From a virus (taxonomy: Duplodnaviria; Caudoviricetes), in the IMG/VR virus record IMGVR_UViG_2920580016_000002, positions 1 to 64,000 of that record: 64,000 nt of DNA; one strand, written 5' to 3'. The translations under genes were made by a program, and so were the position numbers. Positions 45,128 through 54,990 of this stretch are shown here, one piece after another; the first letter of the stretch is position 1, and the number at the start of each line of letters is the position of its first letter. Under the pieces are notes generated by a model. The model did no database searches. It had not been told where the DNA came from and saw only the letters and a list, made by a program, of their open reading frames with translations.

Positions 45128-45964
45128 CTAGGCCGCGAGTCCTTCGGCCAGCTCTTCCAGGTCCTCTACGGGGTCGATGCGGACGGTGCCCTCAGCGTCG
45201 AACAGGTTCTCCATCAGCTCGTCGCGCTCCGCCTGGGTGAGCGGATCGATGTCCCACTCTTCCGCCAGGTCACGGGCCTTGACGGGGACGATGCTGTAGT
45301 CATACTTCGTCTGGCCGCCCGACTTCTTTTCGATGCGCTTGATGGCCCAGTACAGGTCCGGCTTGCCGTCGGCGTCGTCGAAGCGGTTGATGGGGCTGGT
45401 CTTCTCGCTGGTGGCCCAGTCGTGGATCAGGTCAGAAAGCTGCACGCCAGCGCGGAGGATGACGACCTTCGGGTCCCCGTCGTCGAAGGTCACGACGTTG
45501 AAGAGAACCCGTAGTGCGGGCTTCTTGTCCGTGACCTCGCACAGCGGACAGACGTTAACCTCCTTGCCCTTGGAGTCCCGCTCCGTGCCGTGGCAGGTGA
45601 ACGACTGGCGGCCCTCCTGCTTGATCCAGTGCTCGCGGTAGACGGCGAACGGTTCGTCCTCCAGGAAGGCGATGATCTTGGGCTCGGAGCCGACCTTCAG
45701 GTTCTCACCGAAGGACTTACCGCCCTTGGCCTTCTCCTCGTTGTATCCGCCCCAGCCGCCAGCAGCGGAGGGGCCGACGTTGCGCTTCCCCTTGCTGGTG
45801 GCGCGCGGGGCCTCGTCGTCGGCGGAGCGGTTGATCTTACGGAAGGTGGGGCGCTGGGGCTTGGCCTCGGGGCTCTCGTGCTGCTCGTCGGTGTCGGGCT
45901 CGGGGGTGTACTGGCTGGCAGTGGGGGTGCTGGTCGCGCTACGGCGGGAAATGGAACGTGCCAT
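45128..45964 (-). CDS. gp32-like single-stranded DNA-binding protein
   Basis: FLEDEPF..Y.EHW, C...CPLC, FNVV and an acidic C-terminus; real start ATG 45964. Confidence 0.75.
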   Translation of the reverse strand: MARSISRRSATSTPTASQYTPEPDTDEQHESPEAKPQRPTFRKINRSADDEAPRATSKGKRNVGPSAAGGWGGYNEEKAKGGKSFGENLKVGSEPKIIAFLEDEPFAVYREHWIKQEGRQSFTCHGTERDSKGKEVNVCPLCEVTDKKPALRVLFNVVTFDDGDPKVVILRAGVQLSDLIHDWATSEKTSPINRFDDADGKPDLYWAIKRIEKKSGGQTKYDYSIVPVKARDLAEEWDIDPLTQAERDELMENLFDAEGTVRIDPVEDLEELAEGLAA

Positions 45965-45984
45965 GGTTGGGGGTGTTGCCTCTC

Positions 45985-46221
45985 TCAGGCTGCTTCTTGG
46001 TCGTGAACGTGGGAGCGGTTGATGGCCAGGTCGCGGAGCCGGATGATGTCGTCGGCCAGGAACGTGTTGACGATGTTCTTGGCGCGGTTCAGAAGCTCTT
46101 CGGCGGTCAGGTCGCTCTCGTCCGGGAAGTCGGTGTCGGCCAGCTTGACCTGGCCCCCGTTCTCCTCCCACTCGAACTGACCGAGATTCGTGCGGATGAC
46201 GCGGCGGTAGCTGACTTCCAT
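45985..46221 (-). CDS. hypothetical protein
   Basis: Packed ORF. Confidence 0.65.
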   Translation of the reverse strand: MEVSYRRVIRTNLGQFEWEENGGQVKLADTDFPDESDLTAEELLNRAKNIVNTFLADDIIRLRDLAINRSHVHDQEAA

Positions 46222-46222
46222 G

Positions 46223-46654
46223 TCAGGCGGCCACCTTCTGTGCCAGGGCGGCTTGCGCCGCGTCGAAAAGGGCTTGAACGCGGCGAGTGAAGGCCGTGCG
46301 TGTGATCTGGACGTTGTAGCGCTCCAGGACGCCCTCTTCGCGGGCGATGCGCACGATGCCGAGCATCATGTCTTCGCTGTAGTAGTAGCGGATGCCGTGC
46401 TTGGAGCCGGTGGCCGTCGTGGCGATGTTCTGCCAGAACGGAGAGCGCGGGAGCGTGCCGTTGGATCTCCAGAGGCGGATGACGCTGGGCTTGCGGTTGA
46501 GCATCTCGGCCAGAGCCGCGATCTCCCAGAACTTGATGGTCTTCGTAACGCCGCGCACCGTGACTTCCCGCTCGATGTAGGGAAGCTCGTACAGGCGGGC
46601 GCGGTCTTCGTCGGCCGGAAGGGCAGACCAGAGAGGGCGACCAGGGTGTTCCAT
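46223..46654 (-). CDS. MerR-like HTH DNA-binding protein
   Basis: IAALAEMLNRKPSVIRLWRSNG.LP and R.Y. Confidence 0.7.
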   Translation of the reverse strand: MEHPGRPLWSALPADEDRARLYELPYIEREVTVRGVTKTIKFWEIAALAEMLNRKPSVIRLWRSNGTLPRSPFWQNIATTATGSKHGIRYYYSEDMMLGIVRIAREEGVLERYNVQITRTAFTRRVQALFDAAQAALAQKVAA

Positions 46655-46661
46655 GTGCGGC

Positions 46662-47120
46662 TCAGATCCTCTTGATCGTGTACGTAGTGGAGCTGGTGAA
46701 GAGCGATTGCAGCTCTTCGCGGGTGATCAGCCCTTCCTGCTGGAGGGCGAAGAGGGCGTCCTGGTCGATCTCCTCGATCTCGACCTTGCGGATGACCCGG
46801 TCCAGGAGGCCCTTCTCCTCTGCGAGGTCGTAGACGGCGTCCTCATCCAGGCGGATGCTCTCGCTGCGCTGGCGGACGAAGCCCTTGACCTGCTTCCCGC
46901 CGATTTCGATGGGCTCGGAGAAGCGGACCCTGCGGTGACCTTTGGCGTCAGTAACCCCCGCCTTGGCCGCGTAGGCGTCCATCGCATCCCGCAGGGTCTT
47001 GACCCGCTCCCCGAGCCTCTTGACGTCCTCGTCGAGGGCGAACTTCTGCCGTGCCGTCACCGTGATCTCCTCCAAGCTCGGCAGCGGCGCTGAGCTGGTC
47101 GGATTGCGGCGGATGGGCAT
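46662..47120 (-). CDS. hypothetical protein (coiled-coil plus beta region)
   Basis: GAGGA RBS; composition typical of phage DNA-metabolism accessory proteins. Confidence 0.65.
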   Translation of the reverse strand: MPIRRNPTSSAPLPSLEEITVTARQKFALDEDVKRLGERVKTLRDAMDAYAAKAGVTDAKGHRRVRFSEPIEIGGKQVKGFVRQRSESIRLDEDAVYDLAEEKGLLDRVIRKVEIEEIDQDALFALQQEGLITREELQSLFTSSTTYTIKRI

Positions 47121-47238
47121 GGGGGTCGTCCTCGTAGGGCTCGTCGGCAGAAACTATTAGAAATCTACCCCGATATTGCCCCAGTTACTTAACCCCCACC
47201 GGTAACGATCCGGACATCGAGGTTAGTAACTGTCCAGA

Positions 47239-48870
47239 TCACCCGGCGGCTGCCTGCTCAGCATGCCGGGACAGGCTTCCGACCAGCGCAGACACGCTGC
47301 CGTCGGCGTCGGCTCCGTGACCATCCACGATGGCTGAGGCAACCGTGCCCTTGACTTGGAGCCGGTCGTACTGCCGGATCTCGATCGTGTCCAACGTCGG
47401 CACATCCACGATCGTCACGGTCTCATGCTTGCTGCTCGCCCGGCGGATCCGACCGTTGATTTGGATACGCTGACCTGCGGAAAGAGGCGGGTCGTAGTTG
47501 ATCAGATGGGAGCCTCCGGGCAGGTCAACGCCATAGGCTCCGGCGTGACTCATCAAGATCACCCGAGTATCGGGGTCGCGATTGAAGGCATCAGCGGCCT
47601 CCTCTTTAGCTGCCTCCGACAGCTCCCCGTGGTACGCGACGATTCCGATATCAGGCCCGATATTGGACCGGAAAATCTGCTCCATACCCCGGTACCTACT
47701 GACAATCACCACCTTGTACGCCGGGTCAGCCGCCAAGATCTCCCGAACCTTGGTCGTGACCAGGTCCAGCTTGGGCGAGCTGGCCAGCTCCTTCAGGTGG
47801 TAGGCGGTGGCGAACTTCGCGGCGTACGCGGAGCCGGGAAGGTCCTTGGGGACCTTGCCTCCGGCCTCCTTCCTCGCCTGTGCCTGCTCGTACTCAAAAG
47901 CCGACGTCACCACCAACTGCGGGTGGTTGATGAGCATCTGCATCGTGCTGTAGACGGCCATCGCCTTACCGGCCTTGGAGGTCTCGTCGTAGCCGCCGTA
48001 GTAGGCCGCCAAGTCAAAGTCGCCAGAGCCGCTGACCTGCGCCAACTCGTAGGACAGGTCGGCCGCCGCCTGCCCGTACAAGGTGCGCGTCGCAACGTCC
48101 ATGGTCACTGGCCACGTCTCGTAGAGCGTCTTGGGCATGTACGCGGCGACATCGGGGTCCTCGATCCGCAGCCGGATCATGGCCGGGGAGAGCTTCCGGT
48201 GCAGCGTCGGCAGGTTTCTGTACCGCCTCGGCCGTCCCCAGTGATCACGGACAATGTACGCCTTGTCGAAGTCTGAAGCGTCTCCAAGCAGCTTGTCGTC
48301 TACCCACTCCATGATCCCGAAAATGTTCTCCGGCCGGTGCTCCACAGGAGTCGCCGTCAGTGCCAACCGGAAGGCGGCCTTGACCGTGCGCAGCCGCTTT
48401 GCCCGTGTGGAGGTACGGCTGGACAGGACCGTGGCCTCATCGAGAATCACCATGTCGGCCAGGTGCTTGAACTTCCTGATGTCGCGGGCAACCGTCTCGT
48501 AACCGGCGATGACGTACTGCGGGCGGCGCTCGATCACGTCGGCGATCTGCCGCTTGCGCTGCTCGGGTGTGCCGCCGACGATTACGCACCACCGGTCGGT
48601 CGGGACGGTGATCTCGCGCTTGCCGACCTTCTTCGTGGTGGTCTCCACGTCGGTGTGCTCGGCGATGGCGCGAGCCCACTGGAGCCGGAGAGAAGCCGGG
48701 CAGATGATCAGGACCAGCGTGTCGTTACCGGCCTCCAGGATCTTCTCTGCCATGGCGATGCTCGTGACGGTCTTGCCCAGACCGGTGTCATAGGCAAGCA
48801 AGAGATTTCCCCGATCGGAAAAGCGGGGAACAGCGGGAGCTTGGTAGGGAAACAGGTGTGTGAGAAGCAT
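47239..48870 (-). CDS. SNF2/SF2 DEAD-like helicase
   Basis: GLGKT, ICPASL..QW, ILDEA, LTATP, GVDL and QINGRIRR; start ATG 48870. Confidence 0.9.
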   Translation of the reverse strand: MLLTHLFPYQAPAVPRFSDRGNLLLAYDTGLGKTVTSIAMAEKILEAGNDTLVLIICPASLRLQWARAIAEHTDVETTTKKVGKREITVPTDRWCVIVGGTPEQRKRQIADVIERRPQYVIAGYETVARDIRKFKHLADMVILDEATVLSSRTSTRAKRLRTVKAAFRLALTATPVEHRPENIFGIMEWVDDKLLGDASDFDKAYIVRDHWGRPRRYRNLPTLHRKLSPAMIRLRIEDPDVAAYMPKTLYETWPVTMDVATRTLYGQAAADLSYELAQVSGSGDFDLAAYYGGYDETSKAGKAMAVYSTMQMLINHPQLVVTSAFEYEQAQARKEAGGKVPKDLPGSAYAAKFATAYHLKELASSPKLDLVTTKVREILAADPAYKVVIVSRYRGMEQIFRSNIGPDIGIVAYHGELSEAAKEEAADAFNRDPDTRVILMSHAGAYGVDLPGGSHLINYDPPLSAGQRIQINGRIRRASSKHETVTIVDVPTLDTIEIRQYDRLQVKGTVASAIVDGHGADADGSVSALVGSLSRHAEQAAAG

Positions 48871-48872
48871 GA

Positions 48873-49880
48873 TCACCAACGCATGAGGGAGAAGGGCATG
48901 GCTCGTTCGAGCTGGGCATGGATTTGCTTGGAGGTGAGGAGGACGGTGTTGCCGTCGGCGTCCTTGTAGCCGCCGGGATCGCAGCCCCAAGGCAAGTCCT
49001 CGTGGGTGACGACGGCGACGGAGGTGTAGCGCTTGTGCAGCTCCCAGCCGACGTATTCGGCGGAACGCCAGCCCGCCTCGTCGTTGTCCATCCAGACAAT
49101 GACCCGCCGGAACCTGCTCAGCAGGGCGATCTGAGCGGCGGAGACCTTCGCTCCGAACGTCGCCACGGGGTACTCCACACCGAACGTCGCCAGGACAGCG
49201 CAGTCCAGCGGGGATTCGATCAGGACGCCGGTACCCGGCACAGGCGGCGTCAGATGCAGACCGAAGACGGTTTCGCTCTTCTTGACGCCGTACGGCCGGT
49301 TGCGCACGTAGCCGGACGACTTGGTCTGCCAGCCCATGAGCCTGCCGGAGACGTCGCGGATGGGGGTGATCCACGCGGAGTGCTTGGGGTCCCAGAGGAT
49401 CCCGAATTTCCGGGCCGCCTCCAGGAAGATGCCGCGCTTGTCCAGCTCGTCAGCCGGTGGATCGACGTACAGCGCGAGCGAGGCTTCGCTGATCTTCTTG
49501 CGCTCCGGCTCCGGCTCGCGCTCTTCGTACATGCGGGTGACGGCGGCCACGGTGCCTTTGCTGCGGATCCACGCGACGGCCTGGCCGTGCTCGACCCCGA
49601 GTACATAGGCGACCAGCTCGGCGAAGCGGCCGGAGAAGCCGCACGAGAAGCAATTGAACTTCCCATGATCGGCGTTGACCGAGAAGGACGGGTTCCGGTC
49701 CTCGTGGCCGAGACGCTCCAGGTGTGCTGGGCAGCGGGCGGAGACCTCGCCGTACTCCTCGCTGAGGATCTCCAGGCCAAGGGCTCCCATGGCAGCGGCC
49801 ACGTCTCCGGGTACGACGTCGGCGAAGGCGTCCCAGCCCTTCGCGATCTTTTCCCGGTTAGGTAGACGGTTAGAAGCCAT
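48873..49880 (-). CDS. DNA primase (CHC2 zinc finger + TOPRIM)
   Basis: CP.H...F.CFSCG..G, IESPLD and MDND.AG. Confidence 0.9.
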   Translation of the reverse strand: MASNRLPNREKIAKGWDAFADVVPGDVAAAMGALGLEILSEEYGEVSARCPAHLERLGHEDRNPSFSVNADHGKFNCFSCGFSGRFAELVAYVLGVEHGQAVAWIRSKGTVAAVTRMYEEREPEPERKKISEASLALYVDPPADELDKRGIFLEAARKFGILWDPKHSAWITPIRDVSGRLMGWQTKSSGYVRNRPYGVKKSETVFGLHLTPPVPGTGVLIESPLDCAVLATFGVEYPVATFGAKVSAAQIALLSRFRRVIVWMDNDEAGWRSAEYVGWELHKRYTSVAVVTHEDLPWGCDPGGYKDADGNTVLLTSKQIHAQLERAMPFSLMRW

Positions 49881-51123
49881 GGTTGTCGTCCGCGTCATCG
49901 TCGTCGCCGAAGGGGTTGTGCTCCAGCTCGTAGAACTTGCCTTGGACCCAATTCCGGTAGAACCAGAAGTCCATCGGGCTACCGTTGCGGCAGGCCAGGA
50001 TCTTGATCATGGCAATGATCGGGTCCTCGGTCACCTGCACACCGATGAGCACGTCCGCCCACTGCTGGAAGCCGGAGGAGTAGCCGAAGCTGGCGAGGGT
50101 GACTTCCTCGCCATGCATCTTGGACTGGAGCATCTGGGTTGAGGCCAGGATGGGGATGTTCCGCCGCATCGCCCCGAATTTCAGGTGGGCGCAGATGTGA
50201 CGCAGGGCCTTGTCCGAGCCGACATCCTCCCCAAGATCGTCCTGCATCATGTAGAGCCCGTCCACGACAATCAGGTCCGGCTTGAGCATGTCGGCCATGG
50301 CCAGGATCCCACTCGGGGTCGTGGAAGTATCAGGGTCGGTCGCAAGCCAGAAGTTCGGGAACAGCTCCATGCCCCTGACAGCGCGTTCGACCTTGCGGAA
50401 TTCCTTGAGAGCGAGCGAGCCGTCCCGCAAGGCGTTATGAGCAACCATGGCCTCGATGGCGTCCAGGCGCTCTTCCTGCTCCTCGCGCGACATCTCGAAG
50501 CCGACGAACAGGATCTTCTTGCCCGCCTTCCACGCGGCAATGGCCGCCAGCAGCAGGAACGTAGACTTCCCGCTCTTGGGCCTGCCACCGAAGACGACGA
50601 AGTTCCCTCCACGCCAACCGCCGATGGCCTCGTTGAGCAGTTGGAACCCGGTAGTGATGCCCTTGAGCGCACCGTCATGGTCGCGGAGTTCCTGGTAGCG
50701 GTCCAAGCGCTCTTGGCCGTTTGCGGTGACGTCCACAGCCACCGACGTGGGCACGTCGGCCATCACGCCCGCCACGGCGGCGGCCAGGCCCTTGAGCGCC
50801 CCTTGGGTGTTGCCCGCCTGAAGGTCGTGAGCGGCGCGGTAGACCGCTGTGTCGAGCAGGAACCCCGTCCGCTTGTCGCGGGCCTGCTCCAGGACGTACT
50901 CCAGCGGCTCCAGCTCGGAGTCCAGCTCGTAGTTCGGGTACTCGCTGGCGAAGACGCGCTGGGAAGGAACCTTCCCGTAGCGGCCGTAGTACTCCAGGAT
51001 GAAGTCCCAGGCGTCCTGGGCGGCGGGATCGGCGAACCATTCGCGCTTGACCCCGGCGTCCACGGCGGCCTTGAGGCCGTCGGCCCAGACGGTGTGGCTG
51101 ATGATCTGCCGGAAGATGTCCAT
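49870..51123 (-). CDS. dnaB: DnaB-like replicative helicase
   Basis: ITTGF..LN...GG, GRPKSGKS, FEM, VDG, STQ and ACRNG. Confidence 0.92.
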   Translation of the reverse strand: MDIFRQIISHTVWADGLKAAVDAGVKREWFADPAAQDAWDFILEYYGRYGKVPSQRVFASEYPNYELDSELEPLEYVLEQARDKRTGFLLDTAVYRAAHDLQAGNTQGALKGLAAAVAGVMADVPTSVAVDVTANGQERLDRYQELRDHDGALKGITTGFQLLNEAIGGWRGGNFVVFGGRPKSGKSTFLLLAAIAAWKAGKKILFVGFEMSREEQEERLDAIEAMVAHNALRDGSLALKEFRKVERAVRGMELFPNFWLATDPDTSTTPSGILAMADMLKPDLIVVDGLYMMQDDLGEDVGSDKALRHICAHLKFGAMRRNIPILASTQMLQSKMHGEEVTLASFGYSSGFQQWADVLIGVQVTEDPIIAMIKILACRNGSPMDFWFYRNWVQGKFYELEHNPFGDDDDADDNHGF

Positions 51124-51561
51124 TCAGAATGCCCCGAGAAATTGCTTGTTGTGGCTGGTCACGATGCGGGTCCGGTTGCCGTAAGTGAACTGGCGGACAG
51201 GATCGCCGTCGTAGACAGCGCTGACGTACGGCATGTAGGCGAGCTGGCGGGCCAGGGCCTCCGGGCTGTCGGCTGCCCAGGCAGTACGGGCTGGGAAGTT
51301 CTGGGTACGGAGCACTTCCCGGATGCTGGAAGCGACTTCCTCCCCCATGAAGGTCACGAGTTCCACGTTGACGTCGGCCCGGAGGGTGAGCCGCCACAGC
51401 GCGGCCTCTGCCGTCTGGTCCCAGGCGAAGGCGTCGGCGGCCGGAGGCTTGGCCTTGCGCCAGCGGCGCGTGGGACCGGCGGCCGGAGGCGTGGCGATCA
51501 CGGTCTCGAAGACCACGAGGACGGTCGGCAGCACCTCCGACGAGAGGTCACCGCCCTGCAT
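51124..51561 (-). CDS. degenerate HAD-like hypothetical protein
   Basis: hhVVFE at motif I position; YDGDP. Confidence 0.5.
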   Translation of the reverse strand: MQGGDLSSEVLPTVLVVFETVIATPPAAGPTRRWRKAKPPAADAFAWDQTAEAALWRLTLRADVNVELVTFMGEEVASSIREVLRTQNFPARTAWAADSPEALARQLAYMPYVSAVYDGDPVRQFTYGNRTRIVTSHNKQFLGAF

Positions 51562-51787
51562 CGTCGTCCATCTCCAAGATGGTGCCGGTGAAGGTCACCG
51601 TGATGTGGATGTGGTCGCCTTTCGGCGCGTGGAAGATCTCGCCCTGGGCGTTGTGAAAGCCCTCACTGGCGGCCTTCTCGTACAGGTAGCGGCCCATGTT
51701 CGCCTGCACAACATGGAAGTTCTCCAGGTCAAGCCAGCGCGGGAGGGTGGCTGTGGCGGTGAAGACCTTCCGGGTGATCTTAGGCAC
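51548..51787 (-). CDS. hypothetical protein
   Basis: GTG 51787 start, overlapping packing. Confidence 0.55.
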   Translation of the reverse strand: MPKITRKVFTATATLPRWLDLENFHVVQANMGRYLYEKAASEGFHNAQGEIFHAPKGDHIHITVTFTGTILEMDDDAGR

Positions 51788-52400
51788 GGCGCATGTCCTT
51801 TCCGGCGAGATGGATGATCGTGAAAGCCTGGTGGGCGAAGGACGACATGCTGGCGTCATACATCTCGTCCCACTTCTCCAGCTTCTCGTTGGTGCTGGCC
51901 ACGGTGGGCAGGCCGTCTTCGTACCGGCCGCGAATCAGGTCGGTGATCTGGGAACCGACGTAGCCAGATTCGGTGCGGTACTCCTTGCCGACGTCATCGA
52001 TCACCAGCAGGCCGACCGTCCGCAGGCGCTTGATCCGCTTGGCGATCTTCGGCCCGGCGGTGCCAGCCACGACGGCGCGCATGTCGGAGAGCATGCGGCT
52101 GGCCTTGTAGTACAAGATCGTGTTGTCGTGCGTCCAGTGCACTTCGCTGGCGGTCATGCAGGCGAGCGTGGTCTTGCCGGTGCCGTGGGAGCCGATGAGG
52201 AGGATCCCCTTGCCGACGCGCGAGCGGTCCGTGGACGTCCGGCCGTAGTGCTGGTCGAAGTCGGCCGCGAACTTGGCGCAGGTGGCGATGGCCTGCTCGC
52301 TGGACGGGTTGTGGATCTTCCAGTCGTCGAAGCCTCGTCCCCGGCATTCGTGGGGGATCTGCGCGGTCTCCCAGCGCCAGGCGTAGTCAATGGGCAGCAT
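51780..52400 (-). CDS. DnaC/IstB-like AAA+ helicase loader
   Basis: GSHGTGKT, LLVIDDVGKE, IRGRY..LPT..STN. Confidence 0.9.
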   Translation of the reverse strand: MLPIDYAWRWETAQIPHECRGRGFDDWKIHNPSSEQAIATCAKFAADFDQHYGRTSTDRSRVGKGILLIGSHGTGKTTLACMTASEVHWTHDNTILYYKASRMLSDMRAVVAGTAGPKIAKRIKRLRTVGLLVIDDVGKEYRTESGYVGSQITDLIRGRYEDGLPTVASTNEKLEKWDEMYDASMSSFAHQAFTIIHLAGKDMRRA

Positions 52401-53400
52401 TGGCGGCCTCCCGTTCGGCCTTGAGTTCGGCCCAGGTCTTGGGGGTGTCGTATTCGGTGACGTCGTCTTGGCTCAGGCCCCAGCTCTCGGCGTAGCCGTC
52501 GGCGGCCGGGTTGAAGTGGGTGTCGGCCTCCTCCTGCGCCTGGAGGCGCTCGGCCAGCGCGGCGCGGCGAGCCAGGAAGGAGACCCAGGCGACGCGGCCC
52601 CTGAGGTGGAGGCTGGGGTCGCTGGCGTAGATGTCGATCATGGCCCGGATCTGGTCCGGCGTGACGCCTGCCTGCTTCCAGCCGTTCAGGCTCTTAGCCA
52701 AAGCCGGAAGATTGACCGTGCCAACCTTGGCGGCGAGGTCGTCGCTGGCGCGCATGGTCTTCTGGAAGTAGTGGGCGAGGCCCAGGCCGGTGTCTGGGTT
52801 GATGAGCCGGTCCTTGGGAGCCGGTACGACCTCGGTCATCGGGAAGAGGCCCAGGGCCTTAGCCGGGTCACGCTCCGAGTCGCTCTCCCGGTTAGGGAGA
52901 CGGTCCTTGGACCGGCTTCCCTTCGCCGCTCGCGCGGAGCGCGAGTGTGTGTTCTTACTACCTTCAGTACTTGGTACAACTCCGTAATTACTAAGGCCCG
53001 GATTTCCCGGATCCGGGTTTCCCGTATCCGGCTTTTCAGGACGTCGGCTCTGACCTGCGGTTTCTTGGGTGGGTTCCACGGGGAACTTGCCCTCGTTGTC
53101 GCAGAGCATCCTGTAGAGCTTGCGCGGGCGCTTGGTGGTCTCGTCGTACACGTTCTCGATGGCCATGTATCCGGCGTCTACCAGCTCCTTTAGTGCCGTG
53201 TAGATGGCGTCGCGACCCTCGACGAATCTGTTCATGAGGTCGCTCACCCGGCAGACCCAGTTGTCAGGGCGGGTCACGAGGTAGACCAAGATGCCGTAGG
53301 CGCGGGCGGAGATGATCCCGTCTTCGAGCAGGTCGTTCGCGAGAACTGTGTAGCCGCTGCGGCGGCGGCCAATGCGGATCTCGGAGGAGGCGTCAGCCAC
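52387..53400 (-). CDS. replication initiator protein (N-terminal HTH)
   Basis: YTVL.N..L.D..IS..A.GIL.YL..PD.W, G.DAI..ALKEL..AGY; lies upstream of the loader and DnaB. Confidence 0.85.
   Translation of the reverse strand: MADASSEIRIGRRRSGYTVLANDLLEDGIISARAYGILVYLVTRPDNWVCRVSDLMNRFVEGRDAIYTALKELVDAGYMAIENVYDETTKRPRKLYRMLCDNEGKFPVEPTQETAGQSRRPEKPDTGNPDPGNPGLSNYGVVPSTEGSKNTHSRSARAAKGSRSKDRLPNRESDSERDPAKALGLFPMTEVVPAPKDRLINPDTGLGLAHYFQKTMRASDDLAAKVGTVNLPALAKSLNGWKQAGVTPDQIRAMIDIYASDPSLHLRGRVAWVSFLARRAALAERLQAQEEADTHFNPAADGYAESWGLSQDDVTEYDTPKTWAELKAEREAANAAH
52950..53040. repeat. 15-bp tandem repeats plus AT-rich tract inside the initiator gene (putative ori)
   Basis: ATTTCCCGGATCCGG (53002-16) and GTTTCCCGTATCCGG (53017-31) with partial flanks, next to an AT-rich stretch. 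Confidence 0.5.
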
Positions 53401-53517
53401 GTGTGGTGCTCCAGGAGTTTGAGCTTGAATATCGGCCTCGATATCTAAAGATTAGCTTGCGCTTGGCCGATTTATCCGGTAATGTCCGGATTGTTGATGG
53501 AGACAACACCTTGCCTT

Positions 53518-53553
53518 AGCGGGGGTCCCTTTCCTTGATCGGGGACCCCCGCT
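53518..53553. terminator. strong GC hairpin GCGGGGGTCCC...GGGACCCCCGC after gene 53563-54588
   Basis: 11-bp perfect inverted repeat; U-tail weak. Confidence 0.55.
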
Positions 53554-53562
53554 TCGTGCTTT

Positions 53563-54588
53563 CTAGGCGGCCTCGTCCGCCAGCAGGTTCAGCTCCTCGG
53601 CCTCGGTGCGGCTGATCTGCACCTTCTGCGCGCCCCTGGGCAGGCGGCCCGGCTTGAGCCGCGCGTAGCTGCCGTCCGCCTTGCGGATCACGGTGACCAT
53701 GTCCTCGGCGGCGCGCGGCTTGCCGGGAGCGGTGTTGGCGGCGATGACCTCCTCGCGCTTTTGGGCCTCCTGACGCTGCGCCTCCCGGCGGTCCAGCTCC
53801 CTGGTCACGCGCTCGGCCACGATGGCGTCCACCATGCGGTAGAAGTCCACGATCACGTCGGCGGCCAGGTTGGTGATGCCGTCCTCGGTAGCCGTCAGCG
53901 GGCGCTCGGTCTGCGCTTCGTCCGGAGCGGCCCTGGGAGCCTCGATCTCGGGCTGGGGGTCCTCCGATACCGGGGACGGGCTGTTCTCCTCTGAGATTTT
54001 TGCGGTGCGAGCGTTTCGGGGCATCTCCGGCTCGTCCTCTTCCTCGGTTTCGGGTGCTTCCTCCTCGGCCGGAGCTTCTTCCTCCTCGTCGAACTCGATG
54101 TCGTCCAGGCCGGTGCTGCTCAGGGCCTTGACCTTGATGCCCCTCCCGGCCGCCTCGGTGGCGATCTCCTCCATGGGGCCGTCGTCGGTACCCTCCTCCC
54201 ACAGCAGGATGAGCCAGCGGTCGGCCTCGCCCAGCTCAGTGTTGACGAGCTGGTCCAGCAGCTCGGAGACCAACGTCGAGCCGTCGATCTCGACTACCTG
54301 TTCGGCGCTCTCCGCGATAGCTCGTCCGCGCACGCCGAGCGTCTTGCTGGCCACAGCGCGGCGGATGTCGTTCTCGGTGCTGAAGTACTCGGCGACGGCG
54401 GCGACGCCGGGCGTGGTGTAGGTCCGGTCGGCAGGCAGCCAGACGTGGACCTGGACGTCGGCGTCCTCCGGTGCGATGGAGTCGATCCAGTCGGTGAGGG
54501 CCTGGTCGATGAGTTCCTGCTTCGGGTTGGCGGTTCCGAGCACGCCAACGGCAAGGGTGTAGTCAGACAAAGGGGATCCTCGACTCAT
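53563..54588 (-). CDS. hypothetical protein (alpha/beta N-domain, acidic linker, basic C-terminus)
   Basis: 341-aa ORF. Confidence 0.65.
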   Translation of the reverse strand: MSRGSPLSDYTLAVGVLGTANPKQELIDQALTDWIDSIAPEDADVQVHVWLPADRTYTTPGVAAVAEYFSTENDIRRAVASKTLGVRGRAIAESAEQVVEIDGSTLVSELLDQLVNTELGEADRWLILLWEEGTDDGPMEEIATEAAGRGIKVKALSSTGLDDIEFDEEEEAPAEEEAPETEEEDEPEMPRNARTAKISEENSPSPVSEDPQPEIEAPRAAPDEAQTERPLTATEDGITNLAADVIVDFYRMVDAIVAERVTRELDRREAQRQEAQKREEVIAANTAPGKPRAAEDMVTVIRKADGSYARLKPGRLPRGAQKVQISRTEAEELNLLADEAA

Positions 54589-54711
54589 GTGGTCGGATTG
54601 GGCACGGACAGTTCTACCCTCTCAGCGATGCATTTGGAAAGTCACCACGATATCGATCGTGAAACTGCGAAGCCCCCGGCGCAGGGCACCAGGGGCTCAC
54701 GGGGCAGGTGA

Positions 54712-54990
54712 TCAGGGCATGCGGGTGGTAGGCCGGATCATGACGGGACGCTCGGTTCGCTCGACCCAGACTGATGCCAGACGCAGCACCGCCACGAGAG
54801 CGGCAACAGTGCCCGTGTCCATCACCAGGGGCCACGGGCACCAGAGCAGGCCGACCGCCACGGCGATCACGAGAAGCGACTGCACGATGGTGGGAAGTCG
54901 GGAAGTTCCCGCAGCTAGGAGAACTTCCCAGACGACCCAGCACGTCAGCGCGGCCTGCGCTAGCGTGAGAAGATCAGCTTCAGGCGGCAA
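54712..54990 (-). CDS. membrane protein (holin-associated)
   Basis: Three hydrophobic segments. Confidence 0.6.
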   Translation of the reverse strand: MPPEADLLTLAQAALTCWVVWEVLLAAGTSRLPTIVQSLLVIAVAVGLLWCPWPLVMDTGTVAALVAVLRLASVWVERTERPVMIRPTTRMP

